From Azolla caroliniana (taxonomy: Eukaryota; Plantae; Polypodiophyta): 64,000 bases of DNA. Numbering within the stretch: the first letter of the stretch is position 1; every line of letters starts with the position of its first letter. A model generated the notes under the pieces. That model made no database searches and was not told the DNA's origin. It was given only the letters and a program-made list of their open reading frames with translations. Location of the stretch: assembly GCA_043228905.1 (NCBI GenBank), contig JBHGNT010000015.1:6572001-6636000 (forward strand). Direction: 5' to 3'. Shown piece by piece: positions 11,683 to 23,025 of the stretch. The translations under genes were made by a program, and so were the position numbers.

Positions 11683-13019
11683 TGGATTTGAAGAAGCAAC
11701 AGGGTGATGTGGCAAACATAATGATTCATTGAAAAATGCTTTTTACGGCAATTTACTGTGATGAGATTTTGTGATGGATTAAAAAATAAAGTGTGTAGTC
11801 ACAGAATATAACATTTCAAGAAGTCATGCTGATGCTACAATGACAACGCTCACTTTTGGGGATGATATGTTTGGATTTGTGAAAAACACAATTTCATCTT
11901 TATTTCCTGACGTTGTGAGGTTTTACTGGTGGTTCTGTGATTCAGAAGGATTGATGCGTAACATATATAATGATTCGAAATGAAGTCTCAAGGAACAATA
12001 TCATTGTCTACTGATGGAAGGGTTTCTTACCACAAATCTGTGGAGCTGCCATCAAGGTTGTGTTATGGTGTAGAAAGACAATTTATGGCCATTTGACACT
12101 GCACTGTGCAGAAGTGTAATTTATTGATGCACAAATGTAGTTTGTGCTTGGGAAATTAACTGTCTTCATCTCATGTGTTCTTTACTGGAAGATACCTGAA
12201 GCTGATCTCAAGATAAAATTATTTGTTGGTTCTGCCTAAGTAAAGAGGCTATCCTATTGTTGTGAGAAACTACTTTTCACAATGGTTTTTGTAAAATAGT
12301 GAGCTTTTTACAAGAGCATGCAGTGCATATGCACTAAAAACCTTGTGTATATATAATTATTTGTATGATGTCTGTTATATATAATAATTATTTATGATGG
12401 CTTGTGTATTTTGATTATAAATGAAATAGTGCCAAAAGGTTCTTGTTGCTATATTGGCATCATGGAGTGAAAGAATTAGCATACATGGTAAATGATAACC
12501 CAAAATGTCAATTGGGAAGTGAAGTGGAAGTATAATTTTTTCTTCATCTTGTTTATCCTTTTTGACAGATTCTTGGTTAGATGACCAGGCATAATCCAAA
12601 TTTCTGATGAGCTTTTTCAAATATCATTAACATAATCACCCTATCCCTGGTGCAGATGTACTTCGAATGTGCCTTAACAGAACTATATTATAGATTATTA
12701 TTTTTTATCATTTAAACCAAACATCAGACCACATTTGGGTTATAAATTTGAAAAGAATTTTTTTTACAACAGAGCAGTTAGTGCATTATTTGAATCTGTC
12801 GTTGAAGTCTGTAGCTTTTTTCATAACCGTTGTCTATTAACTTCAAACTTAATCAAATTTGAAAATCATGTAACCCCAGTTTACTTGAAGGGAAATTACA
12901 TACGTTTGAGTCCAAAATATTGATAATGTTGTCCAGTGAACGAAATCAGACTCTGAATGAGTGAGATGTGGTCATTTTCATATCCTTCAACCTGAAATAA
13001 GCACAAACCCTGGAAAGAG

Positions 13020-13138
13020 GGTGTAGCAAAGTCAGAGTTTTTGAAGTTTACTCTTATATCAGGACAGTTCATGTGGAAAGAAGGTGTAGCAAAGTCAGAG
13101 TTTTTGAAGTTTACTCTTATATCAGGACAGTTCATGTG
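13020..13138. repeat. 63-bp tandem duplication downstream of PPR gene
   Basis: ggtgtagcaaagtcagagtttttgaagtttactcttatatcaggacagttcatgtg occurs twice. Confidence 0.9.
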
Positions 13139-13255
13139 ATCTCATTTGGTGTCTGGCTTCAGTGAAGAAGGGTGCTGAAATGAACTACGGAAGTTGATGC
13201 ACTGTGCTCATGCGTATATCTCATGTATAGCTGAAAATTTCAAAACTGTAAGAAA

Positions 13256-16033
13256 CTAAAACCTCAGACAGAAATCATGAAGATGAAATTCGTCAACAAT
13301 GCTGGCTACCTCACCTCCATCAACGACCCTATCAACCGAAGAATATATACTTAACAATACTAAATGAGAAGCATAATGCCTGGGCTCTAATTCAAACACA
13401 TAATTTGCTGCTCGTTCTGCCCTCTGTAGATCATCTCTATACCGACAAGCACCAAGCAATGCCATAAAAGACACAGCTGAAGGTTGAAGTGGCATGTTAT
13501 TAATAATGAGCTCTGCCTCTTGTAAACGTCCAATCCTCCCAAGAAGATCAATGAAACAAATGTAATGGTCTACAACAAGGAAAATCGAGTAAGTTTCCAT
13601 CATAAAATTGAAGTATTGATATGCTTCTTGCAGAATACCAGAGTGGCTACATGCACTAAAAACATTGATAAAGGTAATCTTGTTTGGTGTTACGCCCTCT
13701 GCTTGCATTTGGCTAAATATCCCAAATGCTCCCATTGCAGAACCATGTTGTGTAGAAATAGCAATCATGGTATTCCACGAAATTGTGTTCCTTTCTTGCA
13801 TCATTTCAAAAATCTTTTGCGCATCATAGAAGCAGCCCAACTTTCCATACATATTCAGAATTGACGTGTTCAAAACAACATCTGCATGATAGCCACTTTC
13901 AATTATGTATGCATGCAACATCTTGCCCTCTGCAATCGCAAAACTATGTACACATGCAGATAGAACAGTTACAAGCGTGATGTGGTCCGGCAAAACGCCA
14001 TCTTGTTGCATTAGGTCGAAGAGTTCAAGCACATCTTCTAATCTCTCGAGATTCACATAAACTGCAATCATTGCATTCCATGAAACCTCATTGCGCACGT
14101 TCATCTCCCCAAAAACAGCTTGGGCATCATGTATGCTCTTACACCTGCCATACATGCTGACAATGGCCGTCGCTACCATTACATCACATTCATATCCACT
14201 TTCTAGGATGATAGCATGGATTTTCTGACCTTTGGTTAAGGCCCCCTCATCCATACATGCTGAAAGAATGTTAACATATGTAGCTTCATCTGGTTGTACT
14301 CCACCTTGCAACATCTGATCAAAATATGCAAAGGATTTGTTGCCTTCCCCATGTTGAGTATATGCAGCAATAATGGCATTCCATGTGATAGAATCTCTCT
14401 TAGACATACCGTTAAAAATTGATGTTGCAGTATGGATTCTATTACACTTGCCATACATATCAATCAGAGCATTTTGCAAATCAATATCCAGTTGCATGGC
14501 ACATGCATGAATCTGCGCACCCCTTTTCACTGCTGATCCAGATGGGTCATTCGCACATGCATTGACAATGCTTAGAAATGTAACATTGTTGGGAAATATT
14601 GCTTCTTCATGCATCTGATCAAATAAGTGGTAAGCATCTTCATTACATCCATTCTGTGAATATGCTGAAATCATCGTGTTCCAAGAGAAAATGTTCTTAT
14701 CAGCTATGCTGTGAAAAACTGATTGTGCATGCTCCATGTTCCTACATTTCCCATAGGTGTTAACAAGAATAGTTCCTAAGAAAACATCAACCATCGGTTC
14801 TGTACACAAAATAATAGCATGCATTTGCTTGCACAAAGATATGGCCCTTGAATTGCCACATGCAGAAAGGACAGCAGAGAATAAGATGTTGTCAGGCATC
14901 ATTCCTATCTGCTGCAAATGTAAAAAATGTTGTATTGCCTCTTTGTGGTGACCGTTCTGTGAATAAGCTGAAATCATAGAAGTCCATGTAACCAAATTGT
15001 ATTCTTCCATCTTATTAAAAACTATTTTTGCATTCAATAAACATCCACATTTCCCATACATATTGACAAGGGCATTTGCCACAGCCAATTTGGCTTCCAA
15101 ACTATGATTACAAGTGATGCGAACATGTACCTGCTTTCCTAAGCCTAAACTCGAAAGATTTTCACATGCATCAAATAAGCTAATGAAACTTACTTCATTA
15201 GGCATCCATGCTTCTTGCATCATCTGATCAAATAAGCTACGAGCTTCCATAGCCTTGCCACATTGCAACAATGCAGATATCAAGGCAGTCCAAGCAATCA
15301 CGTCATGCTCCCTCATGAGATCAAAGCAATGCATTGCGATCTCTATCCTGCCAAACTTGCCATACATATTGACCAAAGCAGTGGCTATGACAACATCCAT
15401 CTCGAATGGGCAGCCAACAATCATCGAATGCATCCGTAAGCCAACGTTGATAGTTGATAGTAAAGAACACGCATCAAAAACACTCACGAATGTAACCTTT
15501 GTGGGGAAAACCCCTTGTTGTTGCATTAGTCCAACGAGGAATAAAACCTTCTCAAACTCGCCATGCCTAGCAAAGGCCCTGACAATGAAGTTCCATGAAA
15601 ATATGCTTCTTCTTTCAAGCAAGTTCTCAAATACTTGGAAAGCATCATCAAGAGCACCACAAGTTCCATACATCAGCACAACATGGCTTCCTACAAAGGT
15701 ATCTGGCTCAAGGCCAATGTGTGTGATCATATGATGTGCGAATCGTCCATTTTGGAGGGATTTGGAGGTGTTCATAGAATTCAAGAGGGAGGCATAGTAT
15801 GAAAGGTCGAGTTTCTTAAAACGCATAGCGTGGCTTTCATTGGTCCCATAGCTCTTCGCCCTCTGGAGAAGATATTTTTCTGCTTTTTCTTTTTCTTCGT
15901 CGTCTTCTTCTTCTGAAGAAGAAGAAGACGATGGTGGAGGTGTGCCTTTGCTTGAGAAGATGGTAGAGAAAGATGTCCATCTCTGCTTTGTTCTTGGAAG
16001 GACTCTGAGCTCGATCCTTGCATAGAAATACAT
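13256..16033 (-). CDS. PLS-class pentatricopeptide repeat protein with C-terminal E domains (putative organellar RNA-editing factor), 925 aa, no DYW domain
   Basis: Long ORF with repeated P-L-S triplets (ALVNMYGKCG, VTWTSMISAY, P.xVTFxSxLxAC) and an E-type tail (HYICFIDLLGRIG...ALLGAC...FELEP). The N-terminus is Ser/Arg-rich and transit-peptide-like. Confidence 0.93.
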   Translation of the reverse strand: MYFYARIELRVLPRTKQRWTSFSTIFSSKGTPPPSSSSSSEEEDDEEKEKAEKYLLQRAKSYGTNESHAMRFKKLDLSYYASLLNSMNTSKSLQNGRFAHHMITHIGLEPDTFVGSHVVLMYGTCGALDDAFQVFENLLERRSIFSWNFIVRAFARHGEFEKVLFLVGLMQQQGVFPTKVTFVSVFDACSLLSTINVGLRMHSMIVGCPFEMDVVIATALVNMYGKFGRIEIAMHCFDLMREHDVIAWTALISALLQCGKAMEARSLFDQMMQEAWMPNEVSFISLFDACENLSSLGLGKQVHVRITCNHSLEAKLAVANALVNMYGKCGCLLNAKIVFNKMEEYNLVTWTSMISAYSQNGHHKEAIQHFLHLQQIGMMPDNILFSAVLSACGNSRAISLCKQMHAIILCTEPMVDVFLGTILVNTYGKCRNMEHAQSVFHSIADKNIFSWNTMISAYSQNGCNEDAYHLFDQMHEEAIFPNNVTFLSIVNACANDPSGSAVKRGAQIHACAMQLDIDLQNALIDMYGKCNRIHTATSIFNGMSKRDSITWNAIIAAYTQHGEGNKSFAYFDQMLQGGVQPDEATYVNILSACMDEGALTKGQKIHAIILESGYECDVMVATAIVSMYGRCKSIHDAQAVFGEMNVRNEVSWNAMIAVYVNLERLEDVLELFDLMQQDGVLPDHITLVTVLSACVHSFAIAEGKMLHAYIIESGYHADVVLNTSILNMYGKLGCFYDAQKIFEMMQERNTISWNTMIAISTQHGSAMGAFGIFSQMQAEGVTPNKITFINVFSACSHSGILQEAYQYFNFMMETYSIFLVVDHYICFIDLLGRIGRLQEAELIINNMPLQPSAVSFMALLGACRYRDDLQRAERAANYVFELEPRHYASHLVLLSIYSSVDRVVDGGEVASIVDEFHLHDFCLRF

Positions 16034-16169
16034 GGAGAAACCATGGATTCTACAGAACTGCTCCCTCTATTTTCCATATTTACATAAAATACCCTCGCCC
16101 GTTCCGTTTTAAATCTTCGTAAAGAAAAACAAAAGGAAAAAAAAGACTTATCGAAATTTGAATTCACCT

Positions 16170-16385
16170 ATTCACCGAAATACCCCTGTCCCAAATACAT
16201 AAACAAACCAAAATTCCGAATTTACCAAAATGCCCCTGTCTCAAATACATAAACAAACCAAACTTTTTTGTTGTTACCAAAATACCATTACGTAGCTCTA
16301 TAATTCCGAATTTACCAAAATGCCCCTATCTCAAATACATAAACAAACCAAACTTTTTTGTTGTTACCAAAATACCATTACGTAG
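16170..16385. repeat. Tandem subterminal-type repeats (aaatgcccctgtctcaaatacataaacaaacc) in PPR promoter region
   Basis: Three copies of the core, two of them with a longer ttgttaccaaaataccattacgtag unit. The ttaccaaaatgcccct motif is typical of DNA-transposon ends. Confidence 0.75.
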
Positions 16386-16499
16386 TAATTCGGATGGACG
16401 TACACCAAATTTGATTCTCAAAATTACCCTACAAACGAGACTTAATTGACACAATATCCCTGACAATTCAATGAAAATAGTAAAGTAAGACACAACCAT

Positions 16500-17950
16500 C
16501 ATCACCTAGATAATGGATTGGAGCCTTCCACTATGTTGTTCTTTCATCTCTTCGCCTTCTTCTCTTATGTGCATGCATTTCGTTTTTGGACATTGCGGAG
16601 GTCTTCGTGCAGTTGGTAAGTGGCATGCCTCCATCAATAGTGTCTTGCCCTCAAATGATGGAGAATATTGGATCCTTGTAAGTTTCGCAATATGATTATG
16701 ATGAATACGCATCATGTGCATATAAGATTTCACACATTCTTTTCTAAACAAAATAGTTGTATCTGCATGTGCATAACATTATCTCCAATCTCACAACCTT
16801 CCACAGGTACATGTCCTTCTATCCACATGACACTCCTATGGTGTATCAAAGTATGCATCTCAAAGACAAGAGTGATAGATGGGAAATTTCAATATAGTCT
16901 TTCATGCTCACAAGATCCTCTAATGGATTACTTTGCATATCCAACCAATATAGTCTTTCATGCTCACAAGATCCTCTAATGGATTACTTTGCATATCTAA
17001 AGAAGTATCTTGGATGTCAATTGTGCAAACCTTTTCCTTAAAAAATTACATGTAGCCCAATGTGAGAGATTGCCAATGTTATTGATCCAATCAATGACAC
17101 TACATTCCGTAGCTCATATTTCTCTCATGGTGGCATTGAAATCCTAGCAATGGTTGCATTTGCAATATTTCCACAATATTCTTGACAATTGGTTTCTTTT
17201 GAAATGCGTTTTTGAAATCATCTTCTAAATGAAGTGCTTGTAATATCCATGTGCCATACCACTTCCAAACACCAACATGATGACACCATCAACTAAATCC
17301 TTTTCTCTAATTGCTAATGCATATGTATATTGAAAAAACCCCTTCAAATTTGAAGAAACCAACACCAATTGTCATCATTATATGCTATCACCCTCCAAAT
17401 GCGATAAAAAACAAAGCACCTTGTTCATCAATGCTCATATTTGTGAGAATGATGCCAAGACATCTCCCCTTCAAGGCCAATAATGCACAAAGCTCTTTAT
17501 GGGTGCATTATAACCAACAAAACCAAGATGTGAAGAATCAACCAACTTTCTTTCAATTATTTCAGCTTGAACATATGCCACACTACTATGATTAGCTTTC
17601 AATATGCTTTGACAATCATTACAAATCTTTTGATATGGCACAAAATAATGATCCCCACATATTTGAGCATGCATTCTTTCTTTTGCTTTCTAAGCTACTC
17701 TGTAAGAGATAGAGATTCACGGCACACGTCATCAATGAGCTCCTTTGGTGTGCATGTAGGATTATCTTTAAAGTTCTTCAATGATTTTTCAATCAACCAT
17801 TTCGGAGTTTGCTTCTTTGAAGTTCCCAAGTGTACTAGAGTGCCACCACAATTGTGTTATTCCCTATTCATCTTGATCCTGACATGTTGGATGACTTCAA
17901 TACAAGTTTCGTGCAAACTCCATCTACATATGGGGGAGATTGCCATTTAT
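16500..17950 (-). pseudogene. Heavily decayed Mutator (MULE/MuDR) transposase
   Basis: Minus-strand remnants in the correct order: LKGRCLGIILTNMSIDEQGALFFIAF (MULE core), REKDLVDGV...HG, RTCTCG...CYAHA (SWIM finger), PTARRPPQCPK. Many stops and frameshifts. Confidence 0.7.
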
Positions 17951-18590
17951 CAGTGAATGTAGCAAAAGCAATATAAGTCACAAATATATGAACACAAAGG
18001 AATATAACGAATAATATTTGAAAAATCTTGAAATCTCCCCAACAATACCATTAAGTCATTGTGTAATAATGTGGTAATACAAAGAGGTTAGTCTGATTTG
18101 TAAGAACATCATTAAATTTTCAATTTTATAATATTAAGCTGTGCATAACATTGAGAAGATGACTTTGCACACATTCGATCGTGAATCTTCTCAATATTCA
18201 TTTGATACATGAAGGAGTTGTTAGGGTTTGCAATGATGGTAAGCATAAACTATAACATGGCTTTGTGCATTTTAAATCCTTTGTGCACTAATCCCTGAGT
18301 GAGTCAAGAAGATGTGTGATGATGATTTAAAGCATAGCTAGCTAGAAGAATGCAAACATGTCATAAGTAAGATTGGACACCTTAGATCCTATCTAAGAGG
18401 GTGTCTAGATGCCCATGACTCCTATATAGACCTACAAAAGCTTGTAATTTTAACAATATAAATAATACATAATGAGCTAAAGCATGATGGTCAAGGCTTG
18501 CCTTTACATATCATAGTTTTTTTAAGTGATAGGAAATGCTAAGATTCAAATATTCTTGAGGACGTAATAATCTGGTTTATGTTGTAATGA

Positions 18591-18594
<4 letters not shown>

Positions 18595-18622
<28 letters not shown>
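18595..18622. repeat. (TA)14 microsatellite
   Basis: Direct reading. Confidence 0.95.
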
Positions 18623-18624
<2 letters not shown>

Positions 18625-20145
18625 TTTTTGCAAACTATTAGTTCACTCATGATAACAAATTGTTTCACAAAATCGACACAGTCATATTTTCCATACAATA
18701 AAGATTAAATGATAGCAAATTCCTTTTAATCCAAATATCATATTAAGTGCCTCTCTTTCTTTGTCTTCATTTTCTTGCTCTCCTTTGTTATATCATCCCA
18801 TTGAGGGCCGAGGGAGTTGTCCATGATACTACCCCCTTCAACACAACCGATTAATGGGATGAACCATATCTTGTGGAATAGAAAACAAAAATGAAAATAA
18901 TGGTGGTGTATTCAAAATGTAGTGGTCAACCTCATAGATTGAGGCGTGTGCCATGATTTTGGGTATGAAATTTGAATTGTCATAGACAACAATGGTGGTA
19001 GTGTATTAGTTACCATCTAATGAGTATAGAGAGAGTCGATAAATAATTAAGGGGCGATTCTCTCTCACACACCCCCTTTATATATTATCTCAAGGATATA
19101 CATCCCCTTGCTCCTATATTATGAAGGTTATCTAGACTAGCAATAATAGATTAATGTTTTTAAGGTTTAATGCGAATAACAATATGGGATTAGAAGATAG
19201 AGTAAGGAATTTGTATTATGGATAAGTTTTGAAAGAATGGAGTGAAGACTAGCATTGAACTAGAATGGTTGTGATAACACAATACCTTCTCTGTATATGG
19301 TTCATGATCGTGCCATGACAATGGTTGTCATGCATAGTCGGCAGTTTGCAGGCAACCATGTGTTAGTGAAAATGTTATCTTTATAGGAGTCCCCAAATAC
19401 TAATAAGTACATTCTCTTCATGATGGTAAGAAAATATTTGTGGGATACACAAACCAATATATATATATATATGTTGGAGGATGCCATCAAGTGTGCTCAC
19501 ATTTTCGATACACAATATCGCTTGAAAAACCTTGCGTAATTGTATTCATTCCCATGTCATGCATATCAATCACGTTCATGTGGGCAATTGGTTGCACATT
19601 ATTGTATGAGCTTGTTCTTTCATTTACTCGTAGTTACTAGAAAATACTCTAATGTGTATGCATATGTTGTTTTTATGGGGATAAAGAGGTCCATTGCAAC
19701 ATTACTATTTGAAATGGAGATATTATATTGTTAAACCATTGAATAGATAATATCTATTTGTGTGATGACTTGCTTAGTATATGTATTCAAGGTTTAGGGT
19801 ATATTTTACAAACCTAGTTACAAAAATATACATACGTATGAGACGAGGTTATCCATAATATGGGACTTTGTATAAGTTTTGGTCATATTGAGTTTTTATC
19901 TTGCTATTTGTCCTAATGCGCTATAATTATGTTTAAGTCACCGATGATTAGCGTGTTGAATTAGTTTTTGAATAAGTTAGCAATTGCTTTGGATGCTATG
20001 CTCTTATATAGCTCTAGATACCCATTTAGAGTAGTAGCAAATACGTCTTTGATTTGTCTCAAGCATGTGTTGTCTACTAGGGTTTACGTTACCCATTTTG
20101 TTGGTTAAGAAAAAAGCCAATATGATGCACTTGTGCATTGATTCT

Positions 20146-20560
20146 CAAGTTTTGATGTGATAACAATTCGAAACAAATAACCAGTGCCTCGATCCATGTT
20201 GTATGATCAACTCCAAGGTGTATAGTGTATTTGGAAGTCAACTCTTGTTCAAGATATTATCATCAAGTGAGTAAAGTAAGTGTATGAGATGGTGTCCAAA
20301 AAACAACATTCCATACACTTTCTCTGACAAATTGGTCTCATTCATAATATCCACCATGACAAGTTTTGATGTGATAACAATTCAAAACAAATAACTAGTG
20401 CCTCGATCCATGTTGTATGATCAACTCCAAGGTGCATAGTTATTCCAGATGCCGACTCTTTGTTCAAGATATTATCATTAAGTGAGGGACCGAATGAGTG
20501 AGTGTATGAGATGGTGTCCCGAAAATGGCATGCACACCATGCACTTTTTTCTAATAAAAT
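20146..20560. repeat. ~214-bp tandem duplication upstream of second PPR gene
   Basis: caagttttgatgtgataacaattc...gtgcctcgatccatgttgtatgatcaactccaaggtg...gagatggtgtcc at ~20146 and ~20360. Confidence 0.85.
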
Positions 20561-20820
20561 GGTCTTAGTGCCTTGGCCTGGCCTCATTCATGATATCTAT
20601 TGTCCATCAGAAGCCAAGGGTCCAACACAAACTCTTAGAAATCAAAATTTCAAGCCAAACAAATATGTCTACATATGGTAAGAAATACAGAAGGATTTAC
20701 ACAAATGAATTGTGTTAATTTTTAAACAAAATTGTAAAAGAATCGTTTTCACTTAAGATATATGTATACTGTATACATATAAGGATCATAGAAAACAAAC
20801 AATTTCAGCTCAACAAAGAC

Positions 20821-23025
20821 TTGGAAGGATCTGTTCATTCTGGGTGGAGGCGGCCCCAAATCTTACCATGCATGGCATCAATTCGAAGAAGATGTACACA
20901 GAACTCAGACATGTCATCGCAGGTTTGCGATTACTCCTCAGATTGTAGCCGCCAGTGTACCCAAGATTCATGTGGCGAGGATATACCTTTTGTTAGGAAG
21001 AAGAAACAGAGAAGAACAATCCATGGCGTGTTCGGTGGCATCCATGGTGCCAAGAGGAGGAAATATGGTGGGGGCCAGAATGCCCTCATGGCCGCACTGA
21101 AATCTTGTGCCAAGAAGAAGGACCTAAATGAAGGCAGAAGAATTCATGCGGATATCTTGAATTGGGGTTTGCTCGAGAACGATGTTTATTTCGGTAATGC
21201 ATTAGTCAATCTCTATGTGAAATGCGGTGCGCTTGCAAGAGCAGCGGAAGTTCTCTACGAGCTTCAATTTAGGGATACAATCACTTGGAATGCACTAATT
21301 GCAGGATATGCTCAGTGTGGATATGGTAAAGAGGCACTTAGTTGTTTTGATTGTATGCAACGTGAAGGAATCACTCCTGACGCAGTCACTTTTGTTTGCA
21401 CCTTGAAAGCTTGTAGCTGTACAGGAGCAAATAGAAAGGGCAAAGCAATACATGCTGAGATAATGAGAGACAACACTCTGGAAACTAACCTTTTCATTGG
21501 CAGCGCATTGGTAGATATGTATGGCAAATGTGGTGAACTTGCTAAAGCACAAAGAGTCTTCGATGAACTTCAATCTCGGAATATAGTCTGTTGGAATGCA
21601 CTCATCTCAGGATATGTCCAATATGGATGCAGTGAGGAAGCATTGAATTGTTTTCAGCAGATGCAACGTGAAGGTATGTCTCCGGATCCCGTAACATTTG
21701 TTTGCATCTTGAAGGCCTGTGGCAATATAAATGCTGCTGATAAAGGCAGAGAGATTCACGATGAGATAGTTAGACTAAGGCTATTTTGTAAAGATACTTT
21801 CCTTGGCACTGCATTATTAGACATGTATGCCAAATGTGGTCAATTTTCAAAGGCAATGGAAGTGCTGGACCAGCTTCCATCGAGAAATGTGGTCTCTTGG
21901 AATTCCCTAATTGCAGGATATGTAAAACACAATCAATGTGAGGAGGCAGTGAAACATTATGATCAGATGCATAGAGAGGGATTATCACCGGATGCAGTTA
22001 CCTTTGTTTGTGTCTTGAAAGCATGTGCTGGCATACGGGCAGCTGAGAAGGGCAAAGAAATACATGATGAAATTGTGAGACTAAGGTTGCTAGAAAAGAA
22101 TACACTGATTGGCAATGCATTAGTTGATATGTATGCTAAGTGTGGTGCAGTTGCAAAAGCACAGGAGGTGTTTGATGAGCTTCAGGTCCGGGATGTTGTC
22201 TCTTGGACCGCACTAATTGCAGGCTACACCCAGCATGGGCATGCTGAAGAAGCACTCCACTGGTTTCATAACATGCAGCATGATGGCCCAAATCCAAATG
22301 CAATTACGTACGTTTGCATTTTGGGAGCTTATGCCAGCATGGGTGCAGTTGACAAGGGCAAAGAAATACATGGCGAGGTTGTTAGATCAGGGCTGTTGGA
22401 AAAGAATGTTTTACTTGGCAATGCATTGGTGGACATGTATGCAAAATGCGGTGCCCTTGATAAGGCACAAAAGGTGTTTGATCGACTCCCAATGAGAGAT
22501 ATAGTCTCCTGGAATGCACTCATTGCTGGATATGCCCAGCTTGGTAATGATAATATCACATATTTATTTGATAAAATGATGGGAGAAGGTGTAGATCCAG
22601 ATAGGGTCACCTTCACTGTTATTCTAAATGCATGCAGTGACTTGGGCATGTTAGAGAAGGGGCAAATGTGCTTTGAGAGGATGAGAGCAGACTATGGTAT
22701 GATCCCAACTTTAGAGCACTATACCTGCCTGGTTGACCTCTTTGGCCGTGCAGGCCACTTTGAGAATGCTGTTGCAGTGGTTGAAAAAATGCCAACTTCT
22801 GATTACCTTCCAGTTTGGACTTCTCTTTTAGGTGCTTGCCAGAAATGGGGAAACGTTGAGCTTGGAAGGCTAGCCTTTGAACATGCAATAAGGTTGGATG
22901 TGAAACATGTTGCAACATACGTTTGTATGAGAAATATATATATAGGTGCTGATATGCAAGATTATGCGGACAAGATTCATGCAATGAAAATGGAAATTTG
23001 CATGCACGGAGGCATCCTGGATTGA
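20821..23025 (+). CDS. PLS-class PPR protein with E domains, no DYW (start codon uncertain)
   Basis: 734-codon ORF with regular triplets (GNALVDMYAKCG, DVVSWTALIAGY, PDAVTFVCVLKAC) and an E-type tail (LEHYTCLVDLFGRAG...LLGACQKWGNVELGR). The track start is a TTG; the first in-frame ATG is near 20872, and there is a possible acceptor tttcag at 20808. Confidence 0.93.
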   Translation: MEGSVHSGWRRPQILPCMASIRRRCTQNSDMSSQVCDYSSDCSRQCTQDSCGEDIPFVRKKKQRRTIHGVFGGIHGAKRRKYGGGQNALMAALKSCAKKKDLNEGRRIHADILNWGLLENDVYFGNALVNLYVKCGALARAAEVLYELQFRDTITWNALIAGYAQCGYGKEALSCFDCMQREGITPDAVTFVCTLKACSCTGANRKGKAIHAEIMRDNTLETNLFIGSALVDMYGKCGELAKAQRVFDELQSRNIVCWNALISGYVQYGCSEEALNCFQQMQREGMSPDPVTFVCILKACGNINAADKGREIHDEIVRLRLFCKDTFLGTALLDMYAKCGQFSKAMEVLDQLPSRNVVSWNSLIAGYVKHNQCEEAVKHYDQMHREGLSPDAVTFVCVLKACAGIRAAEKGKEIHDEIVRLRLLEKNTLIGNALVDMYAKCGAVAKAQEVFDELQVRDVVSWTALIAGYTQHGHAEEALHWFHNMQHDGPNPNAITYVCILGAYASMGAVDKGKEIHGEVVRSGLLEKNVLLGNALVDMYAKCGALDKAQKVFDRLPMRDIVSWNALIAGYAQLGNDNITYLFDKMMGEGVDPDRVTFTVILNACSDLGMLEKGQMCFERMRADYGMIPTLEHYTCLVDLFGRAGHFENAVAVVEKMPTSDYLPVWTSLLGACQKWGNVELGRLAFEHAIRLDVKHVATYVCMRNIYIGADMQDYADKIHAMKMEICMHGGILD

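Noticed and set aside
12375-13255. Downstream DYW exon for the minus-strand PPR
   Set aside because: No PG box, HSE/CxDC or DYW-type motif was seen; the short ORFs look like UTR or noise.
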